Shown here one piece after another: positions 48,300 to 59,004 of a stretch of DNA of 64,000 bases. How positions within the stretch are numbered: the stretch's first letter is position 1; the number at the start of each line of letters is the position of its first letter. The notes under the pieces were generated by a model. That model saw only the letters and a list, made by a program, of their open reading frames with translations. It searched no databases and was not told the origin of the DNA. The stretch is from a virus (taxonomy: Duplodnaviria; Heunggongvirae; Uroviricota; Caudoviricetes), in IMG/VR virus record IMGVR_UViG_3300028888_000044, positions 128,001-192,000 of that record; one strand, given 5' to 3'. Both the position numbers and the translations under genes were made by a program.

Positions 48300-51087
48300 G
48301 CAATTCAAGGCTAGAACACCAGCACTGATAGACTCTTTTGACGAGAACGGTGCATGCATTGACCTTACAAGGGACGATTCAGAAAGGGACAACTTGATTT
48401 CTTGCTATCCTATGGGAGACTACGCAATGATTCCTTGTGACATCATTCTTGACAGTACGCTAGTTGATGATAGCCAGATTGACCTTGCATTGGTTAAGTC
48501 TGTCAGTGGGACTGGTGAAACAATATCAACATACGAGGATGTTAGATATGATGATAGCGGTTGTGAAGATATTGGATTCAAATATTATGCATTGTCTTAT
48601 GGGACAGCCATTAAAATGTATCATTTCTTCTTGGAATACAACAAATTGCTTAAAAGCCAAAATGTATGTAACGGAGAAGTTTGCAATCAGATTGTATCAT
48701 CAGCAACAAGATATTGGGAAATCTATGTGATGGAAGAATCTGAACGAGAGAAATATGAGGAAATGGACGAAGAATTCAAAAGGTATGGCGGTGTTGTTAA
48801 TGTTGTTGATAAAAGTACTTCAGATGGTATTGATTATCAAGCCATTGAAATAGGAGGAATGGATGAGTTCTTGGTTAAAAAAGTGTTCAACACATTTGAG
48901 ATACCTACAGAATACACGACAGTTTGGAAGACAGATAAATTGTATTTTGTCGAGGCAATGAAATGGTACGAATGGTTCAAGGACAGATATGCGATGTATA
49001 GCGGTATTACAGAAGAAGAATGCAAGCAAGAAACTGTGTGCGGTGAAGTACCTACAATCGACTGCATTGACTGCAAGGATTATTTCAAGAGAGGTGGAAA
49101 CGACATGTACTTGATTCTCAAGGATTATATGGACTCGTTTGAGAACATATATTGCTCGTCTGCTACGACATCGTTCAGTTTGCCGTTGTATATACAGAAC
49201 TCAATAGAAGACATTGGCGAGTTTACTGTTATGTCAAGTGATTGGGAAGGTGGTATTGAATACAAGTCAGATGTGTGCCGTGGAGTTGTCTATAGCGGAA
49301 TGTGTGAAGGCGAAAGCGGTAGAACAAGTGGCAGTACTACAGTAGTATATGATTCAGATACGTGGATAAGAAACTGTACTGAACCAAGGAGTTATAAATG
49401 GGACAGCATTTGCAAGAGGTATAGTTTCAATTATGATGCTTGGACAAGGTATTCTGTAGCTCATAGCGGTGATACTGAAATGTCAGATGAGTTGTCATAC
49501 AAGGCATATGCATACAATGTTGATGATATTGTCTTTGTGTTCAATACAAAAGAGGATGCTTCATCGGACGAAGCTGCCACAGAATTGGCAAAGAAAGTCG
49601 AGGTTATTGGCAGCAGTAACGGATATATACTTTACAAGTCAAATATCTGTCCAATTGAGGAACACAAATACATTGTATATCCAGAAGGTTCAGATAACAA
49701 TATTTTGGTTCAAACGCACAATGGAAAGGAATTTGTTATATATAAGGGAAGAAAATATTGGGGTGAGACAAGTGGTAACACACTGTATTTCAACATAACA
49801 AAGATTCCTTGTATAAGAGAAGGAAAGAATATTTCAGCAACTACTGGTCAATTTGTTAATATAAACGGAAATTATATAAAAGGAAATGGTGATGGTCAAT
49901 TTACCATAAAGAATTATGTATATGATGCATTTGATTCCTATTTTGTTTATAAAAACAATACCTATTATTTATCTGGCGATACGCTTATAAGGCCATTCCC
50001 TAAATATGTCGATTATGCAGCCCAAATGACAAATATAGACACATCATTGGGTGAAAAGGTAACAGAGGCAGACAATAATACGAAGGGATATAAATATGAT
50101 GCTTTGTCAAAAACAGTCATAATATATACCCCATACGAAATATATGAATTTGGTGTCATAAGCGGTAGAACTTCTTCAAGACTTTCATTGTTGAAGAGAA
50201 ATGACACTTTCTGTGATGATGTTGGACACGAGATAGAAGGATATTTTGAGGTGACTTCAGCAAGTACACATCCGCAACCAGTTGAAAATTCAACATTGGA
50301 TATACCATACAAGGTTGGTTCTGTATCAAGGATGACAGAACTTGTTGGTTCTGAAGTAGATACAATAGGATATTGGGGGGATTACCTTAAGGAGATTGAG
50401 TTTTACATAGCAAACGCTAATGGAGAACCTATTACAATGTATTATTCTGCGACAACATTCAATGGAAACAATTTGGATGCAATAGAAGCTGCAATACGTC
50501 AGAGGTGTGAAGATTTGGATTCTGATACAATGCAACCGTCAGACTTGTTGATGGCGCGGTTCACATATTATGTGGGTGCAATCCTTGACTACAATGAGAA
50601 TAGCGAGGAATATATGCTGTTTTCCGAAAGCAAAGGCATTCAGACTGAAACATTGAATGGTGTAAAATACGTTGATATTTGCAGACTTTACAAGAAGCCT
50701 ACGCAATACAGCATACACGATGATATTGCATACAACATCTACTATTATGACATTGTTGGAGATATTGAGAAGATAAGGTATTCGACTGAAATTATTGAGC
50801 TTCCAATGTCTGATTTCAAGGTAGTAATAAATACAGAAAATAAACCAGATTGGATTAGTGGTGATGATGTGATTTCATTTTCGAGATTCAATGGGCTTGA
50901 TTATTCCCCAATATTTAGGGAAGAGTATAAGTTTGGCTCATCATCATTGGAAAAGGTAACTGATAATATTTATATTGAAAGGGCTATAATAAAGCCGCAT
51001 GAGCACAACCTTATGCTGTTGGATATACACACTATGGATGCCCTTGAAAAATACGGTAATGGTAAAATAAACATAATAAACAACTAA
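48268..51087 (+). CDS. Putative baseplate/tail structural protein
   Basis: 939-aa ORF in the operon; Cys cluster CIDCKD. Confidence 0.5.
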   Translation: MRVIHKKITLEQFKARTPALIDSFDENGACIDLTRDDSERDNLISCYPMGDYAMIPCDIILDSTLVDDSQIDLALVKSVSGTGETISTYEDVRYDDSGCEDIGFKYYALSYGTAIKMYHFFLEYNKLLKSQNVCNGEVCNQIVSSATRYWEIYVMEESEREKYEEMDEEFKRYGGVVNVVDKSTSDGIDYQAIEIGGMDEFLVKKVFNTFEIPTEYTTVWKTDKLYFVEAMKWYEWFKDRYAMYSGITEEECKQETVCGEVPTIDCIDCKDYFKRGGNDMYLILKDYMDSFENIYCSSATTSFSLPLYIQNSIEDIGEFTVMSSDWEGGIEYKSDVCRGVVYSGMCEGESGRTSGSTTVVYDSDTWIRNCTEPRSYKWDSICKRYSFNYDAWTRYSVAHSGDTEMSDELSYKAYAYNVDDIVFVFNTKEDASSDEAATELAKKVEVIGSSNGYILYKSNICPIEEHKYIVYPEGSDNNILVQTHNGKEFVIYKGRKYWGETSGNTLYFNITKIPCIREGKNISATTGQFVNINGNYIKGNGDGQFTIKNYVYDAFDSYFVYKNNTYYLSGDTLIRPFPKYVDYAAQMTNIDTSLGEKVTEADNNTKGYKYDALSKTVIIYTPYEIYEFGVISGRTSSRLSLLKRNDTFCDDVGHEIEGYFEVTSASTHPQPVENSTLDIPYKVGSVSRMTELVGSEVDTIGYWGDYLKEIEFYIANANGEPITMYYSATTFNGNNLDAIEAAIRQRCEDLDSDTMQPSDLLMARFTYYVGAILDYNENSEEYMLFSESKGIQTETLNGVKYVDICRLYKKPTQYSIHDDIAYNIYYYDIVGDIEKIRYSTEIIELPMSDFKVVINTENKPDWISGDDVISFSRFNGLDYSPIFREEYKFGSSSLEKVTDNIYIERAIIKPHEHNLMLLDIHTMDALEKYGNGKINIINN

Positions 51088-51088
51088 T

Positions 51089-51991
51089 ATGAGTAATGGA
51101 ACATATGGTACTAGAATACCTAGTACAATAAACATAGACGATATTGAAATATACTTTTCATATCGCCCCAACCTATCTGAAACGGATTCAAACAATCTTG
51201 TATTCAAGAAACTGAATTCTAACATACTTGTTGCAGCAAAAAGAACTACAGAGAATAAGGAGCAAGACAGCGTTCTTGAGGGAATGTACAACTTGCACTT
51301 GCCTATGAGTGAATTCAGCAGAAAAGGGTTCTATACTGTGTATATAAAGCCACGAGAGATAAGGGCAGTCATTGCTGACGTTGGAGTATTGTCAAGTTAT
51401 CCAGATGTTAGAGGCATTGTGATAGACACAACAAAGTTACAAGCCATTGATAGGTACAAGTTCTCAACCAACAATAATCTTGTCGGTTATAGGATTGTAT
51501 ATATCAATGCAAGCGATGGTGGTAGGGATGATTATTATAGGATAATCACAAGCAACAACAGATGTGAGCCACTTACAACAAACTTGACCAACTCAAACCA
51601 GAAGATAGTCTCATACAGATATAACGACAGTTCGACACTTACGTTCATTACTGTCACACCTTCTGTGGCTCCATCATTCAAGGCAAATGCAATACCATTC
51701 ATAGGAAACGTAAGCCAAGAGGTGTTGTTCATAAACACAAAGTTTGAGCCAGTTATGATTGAGATTGAAATGGTTGACCACGATGCAGATACAATTTCCA
51801 ATATGTTGGAAGGAAGCCAATTGAGAGACCTTGACAACGGTCTTGTCACAACATACAACAATAACAACGAGATATATCATCAGTCTGAACATTACACTCT
51901 TAAGGATGAGTATACTTCAGTACCATTGTTCGAGGTTAAGAAGAACAAGAATAATGACATAGACTTTACACAAACTATTAACGACAAGTAA
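51089..51991 (+). CDS. Putative baseplate structural protein
   Basis: 300-aa ORF with 1-nt spacing to both neighbours. Confidence 0.55.
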   Translation: MSNGTYGTRIPSTINIDDIEIYFSYRPNLSETDSNNLVFKKLNSNILVAAKRTTENKEQDSVLEGMYNLHLPMSEFSRKGFYTVYIKPREIRAVIADVGVLSSYPDVRGIVIDTTKLQAIDRYKFSTNNNLVGYRIVYINASDGGRDDYYRIITSNNRCEPLTTNLTNSNQKIVSYRYNDSSTLTFITVTPSVAPSFKANAIPFIGNVSQEVLFINTKFEPVMIEIEMVDHDADTISNMLEGSQLRDLDNGLVTTYNNNNEIYHQSEHYTLKDEYTSVPLFEVKKNKNNDIDFTQTINDK

Positions 51992-51992
51992 T

Positions 51993-54900
51993 ATGGCATA
52001 CATTAAGTCACATAGCAATTATGTTTTAAAGAAGAAGCATCAGAGGACAGATGACGGTGTGATTTATGAAAGGGACTATACCACAATAGGCGGTATAGAC
52101 AATTTTGCTGCAAGGCAAGTGCCTAAATACAAAAGTGGCAACTTCATAATCACCATCAACGATGAAAACGTGCAATACAAGTCCAATGCACTAAAGAACT
52201 GGGCTGAAAACGAGCACGGCACTACTTGGACTTATTCTGACGTGCAGGATGCTTCTGCCGAAACCGAATACACAGAAGACAAGATTGTTCTAAAAAACGA
52301 TTACTACAAGCTGTCAGACTTTGCTTATTACGGTTCGTGCGCTGAATTGGTGAGAGGTTCCGTGAACGGAATCCTAAGTACTTTTCCTGGAGAATTGTAT
52401 GTTACAGACTCCACTATGGCATCATTGAACTTTTATATTGATGGGGATACAGAAAAGAGATATAATGATGCATTGTTGGTTGACAACCCATTCAATATAG
52501 ACATATATACCGAATGGATTACTGATGACAATGACGAGAAGCAGTTGAAGTATCTTGCCGCTAACGAGCATTGGGTTAACTATGAGATACTTGACAAGGA
52601 TGAAGAGGTCGTTGCTTCTGCATTTACTGTCAATGTTATCAAATATGATACAGTATGCAACAAGGATGAGATAGAATATGCAAAACGAAACAATTTGCCA
52701 ATTCCTCCACAAAAGTACAAGAACGGTTCAATGATTTATGGTGTAAACTTCAGTGGCGAAGGTATGCAATCGTTTGCAATCATATGTGTGAAATACAATC
52801 AAAATTTGATTTATTTTACACCAGATGTAAGCGCAAAAGGCTATCATATCAGACCAAAGAAAAGCTTTATTGACAAGTTCTTTAATTCATTGGACAGTTT
52901 TCAATCTGTTATATTGAACCCAAAATCAGACCCTAAATATACGGTTTATTTTGAAATAATGTCAGAAGGCGAATATGGATATGATACAAGTGTTCAATCG
53001 TTTACATTCCCAACCACATATGGAGGTTACAATATCGGTTCAGATGAGGCTGGTATTAATTCATACATCAGCAGATTTGTAAGCATTTCAGAATTCTATG
53101 ATACTCATTTTTCTGATAATCTTTATAGAATGCTTACACACGATTCAATAAAGAACTTTGACTGGTCATATACAAAAGGAGGAAACGAGAATTCAGAATA
53201 CACTGAAAACGGTGAGAAGTTGGCACAAGTAATCAGACTATTCGGAAGAGAGTTCGATGAAATCAAATTCTACATTGACGGTATAACACATTATAATCAA
53301 ATCACATATAACGACAAAAATAATATTCCAGATTATTTTTTAAGTGATGAATTGGCTACAGAGGGATTTGATGTCAAATCCATATACCCACTAACTTTGA
53401 ACGAATTCATAACTGGTTGTACGGAAGAAGATGGTGATTTCAAGTATTATAGGGGATTGGATGAAAGCGGTCTTTGCTTTACAAGTGATTTTGAAAACAT
53501 TACTGCACAAGCAATAAACGAAAATGAGAATATTGTAATCGGAAATAATGGTGCAATATATAAGTTGAATAGGATTTTCAATCAAGACCTCAAGACTCAA
53601 ATTAAGCCATACACAAATGAAAGACTTAAATATAAGTTTGGTTATTTCAACATATGTGATGGTCGTACTAGTGGAACAATTGATGATTGCGATGGTAAAT
53701 ATGCGAAGGAAGCTATTACAGAGGTAAACAAGAATAAGAAGACAAAGTTGATTCGAGTTGGTGATACTGTTTTGAAAAAGAAACTTCTTGTCAACAAGAG
53801 AATCAAGAAATATAGCTCTGAAAAGGAATATTCATATAAGGATATTAACCGAATGTTTCTAAAGAGATTAAAGCTTAATTCAAGGCATATACTTAGGCAC
53901 AAAGGAACAATTCAAGGAGTTGAGATGATGTTCGGTATGTTCGGTCTTGTAAGCAAGAACTTTGTTAACAAATACGCAGAATTGTATACAGAATCAGCCT
54001 TCACTGAAAGCTTCCCTTTAAGTGTCAATGATTGGGATTATGACATCAAGGAATATACTACAGTCACAAATCCTATACTTGACCCATATTGGTGCTGCAA
54101 GGGTATGCCAAGAATAGATTGGTATAATTCCACAAAGACTATACAGTACAATACAGTAGACTTCAAGAACGGAATCTATCACAGCTATCAAGGTCTACCA
54201 ATCAAACATAGGGACATTTACGTGGCTATAGAGAAAACTGATGACGGTTATGTGATAAGTGGAGATTCTATTTATGATGCAATTATTGATAAAGACATTA
54301 AGGAGGTAATAAGCTACAACAAGGACACATTCGAATTGGTATATATGAAGAATGACTTTTCAAGTGAAACAACTCTTGCCTACAAGTATCATAACATTTA
54401 TCCTTACTTCAACGGAGAAGACAGATATGATGGAAATCCATATTACCAGATGAATGGCGGTTGGTTATGCAATTCACCATATTCATTTGACAACAACAAT
54501 AACATAATGTCCAAGGAAGACTCTTGCGTTTTTACAGAAACAGTAGATACACTTAAGATTGTTGAAAACATAAAGCAACTTGTTGATTTACCAGTTAACG
54601 AACTGATGAATGGAGAAATATACAAGGTAAATAATTTGGATGGCGAATATCTTCTTGTTGATGGTTATCTGTATACAGTATACAAGGATTTCAAGAATAA
54701 TAGATATATAAATATTATAGTTGCAAACAATTCAGTAACAATAGGCTATCATACATTTTCTGAAAAAATTTATGTTTCTAATGTATATGGAAATTGCAAT
54801 TTGAACAATGATGATGATTACTCAACTGAAGGTAATGAGGAAATAAGGATGTATGACATATCTTTGCTTGACAATGGAGATAGTATAAGGATATACTTGA

Positions 54901-55790
54901 ATTGGGACAATGGCTTTGATGGTATTGTTGCACAAGATGATTATGAGTTTGACAAGTCTAACATCAAGATTAGTAGTGCTGAAACACGGTTTGTAAATGA
55001 TGGTGTTTTTTCAGAAAACATTTCAGGAACACCTACCAATTACTTCAAGATTATTGACCGAATAGAAAAGCAGACATTCCTTGACAATGGTTGGGTTCAG
55101 TTATCTGAAAGCAGTGAGGATTATATTAAGGCAAACAGTGTAAGGAATTATTTCAACGGCAACAATCCTCATACTGGTCATTTCAATTATGATGGAGGGT
55201 TCTCTTATATGAACTATTTTGCAAAGCTGTTCAACGCTTCTTATGACGCAAATCTATTTGATGAGAGAAAATATGAAGGTAATTTCGAGCAAGAGTATGA
55301 ATATATCGGTGAAATTGGTTTCAAGAACTTGATAACACCGCCAGTTTGTGATAAGATATATCCATTGTATGAAGATACAAAGATTCATTTCTTTGGCGAT
55401 TGGTTCGACATTAGTGGTGATACGGAAACGGAACACCATTTTGATAGAAGAGACGCTGAATCTTGGTACGACTACAATTACTATGCAGAACAAATTAATA
55501 AATTAAACACAGCATACACAGCTTGTACTATTGAGGATGATTCTGTAGAGGATGACGAAAGGTATGTATGCATAGGTATACAACCAGATGGTGAAACGTC
55601 ACAGATTGTCAACACGAAGGTGGTGGAGATTACAATAAACATCTTGGGTGGCAATTGCGAAGGTGATTTATATTCCAAGGATGCTATGGAGGAAATAAAG
55701 TATTATCAAGATGTGGTTATGCCGTATGTTGCACAAATGATACCTTCAACGGCAATCGTGAAGGTAACATATAAGTTGAAACAAAACTAA
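51993..55790 (+). CDS. Baseplate wedge protein with a P2 gpI / T4 gp7-like motif
   Basis: GREFDEIK.YID...IPD.FL and ILRHKGTIQGVEMMFGMFG (KGT motif); C-terminal PYV.QMIPST. Confidence 0.65.
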   Translation: MAYIKSHSNYVLKKKHQRTDDGVIYERDYTTIGGIDNFAARQVPKYKSGNFIITINDENVQYKSNALKNWAENEHGTTWTYSDVQDASAETEYTEDKIVLKNDYYKLSDFAYYGSCAELVRGSVNGILSTFPGELYVTDSTMASLNFYIDGDTEKRYNDALLVDNPFNIDIYTEWITDDNDEKQLKYLAANEHWVNYEILDKDEEVVASAFTVNVIKYDTVCNKDEIEYAKRNNLPIPPQKYKNGSMIYGVNFSGEGMQSFAIICVKYNQNLIYFTPDVSAKGYHIRPKKSFIDKFFNSLDSFQSVILNPKSDPKYTVYFEIMSEGEYGYDTSVQSFTFPTTYGGYNIGSDEAGINSYISRFVSISEFYDTHFSDNLYRMLTHDSIKNFDWSYTKGGNENSEYTENGEKLAQVIRLFGREFDEIKFYIDGITHYNQITYNDKNNIPDYFLSDELATEGFDVKSIYPLTLNEFITGCTEEDGDFKYYRGLDESGLCFTSDFENITAQAINENENIVIGNNGAIYKLNRIFNQDLKTQIKPYTNERLKYKFGYFNICDGRTSGTIDDCDGKYAKEAITEVNKNKKTKLIRVGDTVLKKKLLVNKRIKKYSSEKEYSYKDINRMFLKRLKLNSRHILRHKGTIQGVEMMFGMFGLVSKNFVNKYAELYTESAFTESFPLSVNDWDYDIKEYTTVTNPILDPYWCCKGMPRIDWYNSTKTIQYNTVDFKNGIYHSYQGLPIKHRDIYVAIEKTDDGYVISGDSIYDAIIDKDIKEVISYNKDTFELVYMKNDFSSETTLAYKYHNIYPYFNGEDRYDGNPYYQMNGGWLCNSPYSFDNNNNIMSKEDSCVFTETVDTLKIVENIKQLVDLPVNELMNGEIYKVNNLDGEYLLVDGYLYTVYKDFKNNRYINIIVANNSVTIGYHTFSEKIYVSNVYGNCNLNNDDDYSTEGNEEIRMYDISLLDNGDSIRIYLNWDNGFDGIVAQDDYEFDKSNIKISSAETRFVNDGVFSENISGTPTNYFKIIDRIEKQTFLDNGWVQLSESSEDYIKANSVRNYFNGNNPHTGHFNYDGGFSYMNYFAKLFNASYDANLFDERKYEGNFEQEYEYIGEIGFKNLITPPVCDKIYPLYEDTKIHFFGDWFDISGDTETEHHFDRRDAESWYDYNYYAEQINKLNTAYTACTIEDDSVEDDERYVCIGIQPDGETSQIVNTKVVEITINILGGNCEGDLYSKDAMEEIKYYQDVVMPYVAQMIPSTAIVKVTYKLKQN

Positions 55791-55821
55791 AAAACCTATA
55801 CAAAACGTATAGGTTTTTTTT
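55789..55821. terminator. Bidirectional terminator
   Basis: A-run CCTATAC-loop-GTATAGG T-run between convergent genes. Confidence 0.85.
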
Positions 55822-55826
55822 ATATT

Positions 55827-56651
55827 TTAATAGTTAATTAGTTTTTCTGCATTGTTATCAATATCAGATAATTGTGATATTTCGTAGTTATAGTATCCAT
55901 ATGCAGAAGGTAATTCAACGAATTCGTGTGTCTTGTTTTCCATATCCCAAACAACGAATCCGTGTTGTGTGACTGTTTCACCGTAGTTCTGTTGTATCAG
56001 TGAGCCTGGATATACTATCTCAACGTCACCTCTCTTGATGACTTGATATTTGTGAATATCACCAGCCATTACTATATCACATCCTTCGAACAGTTCACCG
56101 TCCATACCGCTATCTGCCACATATCCGTTGAATAGTTGCGCTCCCTTGACCGTTCCGTGGTAAAGACCTACAATTGTATTTGTTGGGCATTCCATTATTG
56201 CCGAATCAATATCTGGTCTGCTGAATCTGTCGTGGATTGAAAATAAAGCCCAAGTGATTCCATCATCAACGATACAAGCGCTTTTATAGTCTGTTGCCAT
56301 ATCGAAATAGAATACGTTATCGAACATTGCTGTCTCGAAAATACCAGTCAATGTGTCTGTTCGACTCTTGTTGTTGACAAGCAAGTCGTGGTTCCCACTG
56401 TAAATCAATACTTGGCATATATCTGACAATTGCCTCAAGAAGGCGCTTGAGAATACAATAAGCTCATTTGATATGTCGTTCTTCTGATGAACCAAGTCAC
56501 CACATATGAGTATTCTGACTTCATCCTTATTGTATTTTGAAGTCAGTTCCTTGCACTTATTTATCAGTTTGTCAAACTGTTCGGCATATTCATCGTGTCT
56601 ATGCAAATTGTGTATGTGTACATCTGCTATTTGTATAACCAATTTAATCAT
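55827..56651 (-). CDS. Calcineurin-like metallophosphoesterase, SbcD/Mre11/T4 gp47-like nuclease
   Basis: IADVH, GDLVH, GNHD, YHG, AGDIH, YPGSLIQQNYGE motifs. Confidence 0.85.
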   Translation of the reverse strand: MIKLVIQIADVHIHNLHRHDEYAEQFDKLINKCKELTSKYNKDEVRILICGDLVHQKNDISNELIVFSSAFLRQLSDICQVLIYSGNHDLLVNNKSRTDTLTGIFETAMFDNVFYFDMATDYKSACIVDDGITWALFSIHDRFSRPDIDSAIMECPTNTIVGLYHGTVKGAQLFNGYVADSGMDGELFEGCDIVMAGDIHKYQVIKRGDVEIVYPGSLIQQNYGETVTQHGFVVWDMENKTHEFVELPSAYGYYNYEISQLSDIDNNAEKLINY

Positions 56652-56670
56652 ATAAAAAACGTTACTATAG

Positions 56671-56701
56671 CAAATATACTAAAAAAAATGTTAAAATCAA
56701 A
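56671..56701 (-). promoter_or_regulatory. Bacteroidota primary-sigma promoter (TTTG-N19-TATATTTG)
   Basis: Exact match to the -33 TTTG / -7 TAnnTTTG consensus on the minus strand, 19 nt upstream of ATG 56651. Confidence 0.7.
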
Positions 56702-56703
56702 AC

Positions 56704-56710
56704 TATTTAT
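56704..56710 (+). promoter_or_regulatory. Putative late promoter motif TATTTAT
   Basis: acTATTTATt 18 nt upstream of ATG 56729. Confidence 0.5.
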
Positions 56711-56728
56711 TGATATATTTGTGAAAAA

Positions 56729-58993
56729 ATGAAACAATATAAACATATTTTATTAGAGGTACTGAATCAATATTTGTCAAGAAACTTGTTATTGACAGAA
56801 GACCAAGAGCGTACAATCAGAAACAAGATTGCACGAGGTGTGGCAGCTATCACAAACATGGATGCCACAAGCCAAGAAGTGCAGTCTATGACTGACGATA
56901 TTTGGAACACATATGTCAAGCACCCTATTGAAGGAGAGAAGCGTCAGAATGACGAGGTTTGGGCAATCAACACCGTTATCAACCGATTGATTCCATATGC
57001 CGTTAGGAAAGATGAAGATGGCAATTTCTTTGTTAATAAAAGCATTAGGGTAAAGAACGCCTTTGAGAACCTTATACAAGCCCAAAGAAAGGAACAAAAA
57101 TCAAAGAAACAGTTGTGGGGAGATAAGGAAAGTTTGCATTATTGGAATGTAAATAAAAAGTACAATGATGCCATTGAAGCCTCAAAGGAATATAAAGAGG
57201 GTAAGTATCATTATACAGTATATAAAGTTGAAGGCTATCATACGCCAATTAAAGGATTGGGAATGACTGTTACTGAACTTGGCAAATATACTGGTGGGCG
57301 AGGCGCTGTACCATTATGCTATACTCAATCACAAAGTACATATAACGGTTATACTAAAAACAACACATACGATATGTACGCTTTACTACGTGATGGATGG
57401 CAAGATGAACCTTGTGAGCTAGATGAGACTACTTATCCATTGGATAGTTATGGACTGTCAATAATATTTGTTATTGTAAACCCAAATAATGGTAAAATTG
57501 AGTTCAACAATGTTAGATGGAATCATGGACCAGAACGTTATAATAGAAGTGTTGATAATATTTTCTCATGCAATGAATTGAGAGATATTGTTGGTAGTGA
57601 TATTATGAAACAGATTAACACGAAATCCGCAGTTGATAAGGAGTTACAATTAACATATGACATAGAAGAAAAATTAAATGATGAAAACATACCACTTAAA
57701 GATATATTTCCTACTATTTTATATGTAAATAGAGACCTATATAAAGTATATGTAGAAAATTATTGTAATTTTATTAATCCAGAAACAAGAGAATTACTAA
57801 GTGATATATGGTTTAGTTCTATATACGATTTTAAATACAATATTGCGGCTGAAGTTTGCAAAGATGGAAAATGGAATTTGTTATTTAAAGATGGTACGTT
57901 AGCGAGAAACACTGAAGACATAAACCAATGGTTTGATGGTGCAAAATATTTAGGAAGATTTCTATGGTTTGTTAGTATGAATAACAAATTCAATATATAT
58001 GATATGTCAAAAAAGGAATGTGTTTCAATAATATGGTTTGATAATATAATGTATGATGAATATAATATAGATAGTTTTATAATAGTTGTATGCGGCAAAA
58101 AATTTAATTTAATAGGTAAAAATGGTTTAGTTATCAAAAGACCTATAGAAAAATGGCTTGATAATGCAAAGAAATTAGATAATTTTGTAAATATTGTAGT
58201 AAATATAGATTCAAAAACCAACATTGTAAATTATTATAATGGATTATTAAGTGAAGAATGGTTTAATATGATTGATATTAATCCAGATTTATACTATGGG
58301 CATGGCTTTGTACGCGGAGTGATTAAAGATAAATTTGCAAAAATATATTTAGAAGACAATAATATTGAAGTCAAATTTACTAATGGTGAAACAGTAATTG
58401 ACTATAAAAGAGAAAGCCCATCTTTTAAAGATTGGTACATAGTTACTATAGGGCATAATCAAAACTATATGGATAAGGAAGGGCATTTTATATTTAATAC
58501 GTGGTTTAAAACTATTGACGATATAACTCCAGATAGATTGGTAATAGTACGAGTTTATGACTATTGGAACTTCATAACACCACAAGGTAAGCTATTATTT
58601 GATTTACCATTAACAAAATGGTTGGATAACATATCACCAGTTAATCTTCCAAATTATTGGATGATAAGAAAGGGTTGGAAATTTAACATAGTAACACCAA
58701 ATTGTACTTTTTTATTTGATGAAAGTTTGGATGCAATAGCATATTTGGACAATGGATTGCTTTTGAAAAAGGGTGAAAAACAGAATATGTTGATTGTAGA
58801 TAATGAAACAAACCAATTTAAATTGGCATGGGATGCACCATTTGACAAATGGTTTGATGCAATTATTGGACCAATAACACAATATAAATTCTGTGAAGGA
58901 GAATTTTGGGTTAGGTCACAAGATGAAAATACTAATAAGCCACAAATTATCGCAGTTAAAGGTGATAAAATACTTGGTATAGTAGCTGAATAA
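56729..58993 (+). CDS. Array unit 1: conserved PLCYT/RWNHG domain plus degenerate WG-like beta repeats
   Basis: N-terminal ~290 aa paralogous to units 2-4; C-terminal repeats of K(W/F)N....G.L.....WFD. Confidence 0.85.
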   Translation: MKQYKHILLEVLNQYLSRNLLLTEDQERTIRNKIARGVAAITNMDATSQEVQSMTDDIWNTYVKHPIEGEKRQNDEVWAINTVINRLIPYAVRKDEDGNFFVNKSIRVKNAFENLIQAQRKEQKSKKQLWGDKESLHYWNVNKKYNDAIEASKEYKEGKYHYTVYKVEGYHTPIKGLGMTVTELGKYTGGRGAVPLCYTQSQSTYNGYTKNNTYDMYALLRDGWQDEPCELDETTYPLDSYGLSIIFVIVNPNNGKIEFNNVRWNHGPERYNRSVDNIFSCNELRDIVGSDIMKQINTKSAVDKELQLTYDIEEKLNDENIPLKDIFPTILYVNRDLYKVYVENYCNFINPETRELLSDIWFSSIYDFKYNIAAEVCKDGKWNLLFKDGTLARNTEDINQWFDGAKYLGRFLWFVSMNNKFNIYDMSKKECVSIIWFDNIMYDEYNIDSFIIVVCGKKFNLIGKNGLVIKRPIEKWLDNAKKLDNFVNIVVNIDSKTNIVNYYNGLLSEEWFNMIDINPDLYYGHGFVRGVIKDKFAKIYLEDNNIEVKFTNGETVIDYKRESPSFKDWYIVTIGHNQNYMDKEGHFIFNTWFKTIDDITPDRLVIVRVYDYWNFITPQGKLLFDLPLTKWLDNISPVNLPNYWMIRKGWKFNIVTPNCTFLFDESLDAIAYLDNGLLLKKGEKQNMLIVDNETNQFKLAWDAPFDKWFDAIIGPITQYKFCEGEFWVRSQDENTNKPQIIAVKGDKILGIVAE

Positions 58994-59004
58994 TTATAAG
59001 AACA

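Noticed and set aside
278-55678. Numerous 60-135 aa antisense or nested ORFs in the track
   Set aside because: They overlap long, motif-bearing genes and show no recognisable motifs.
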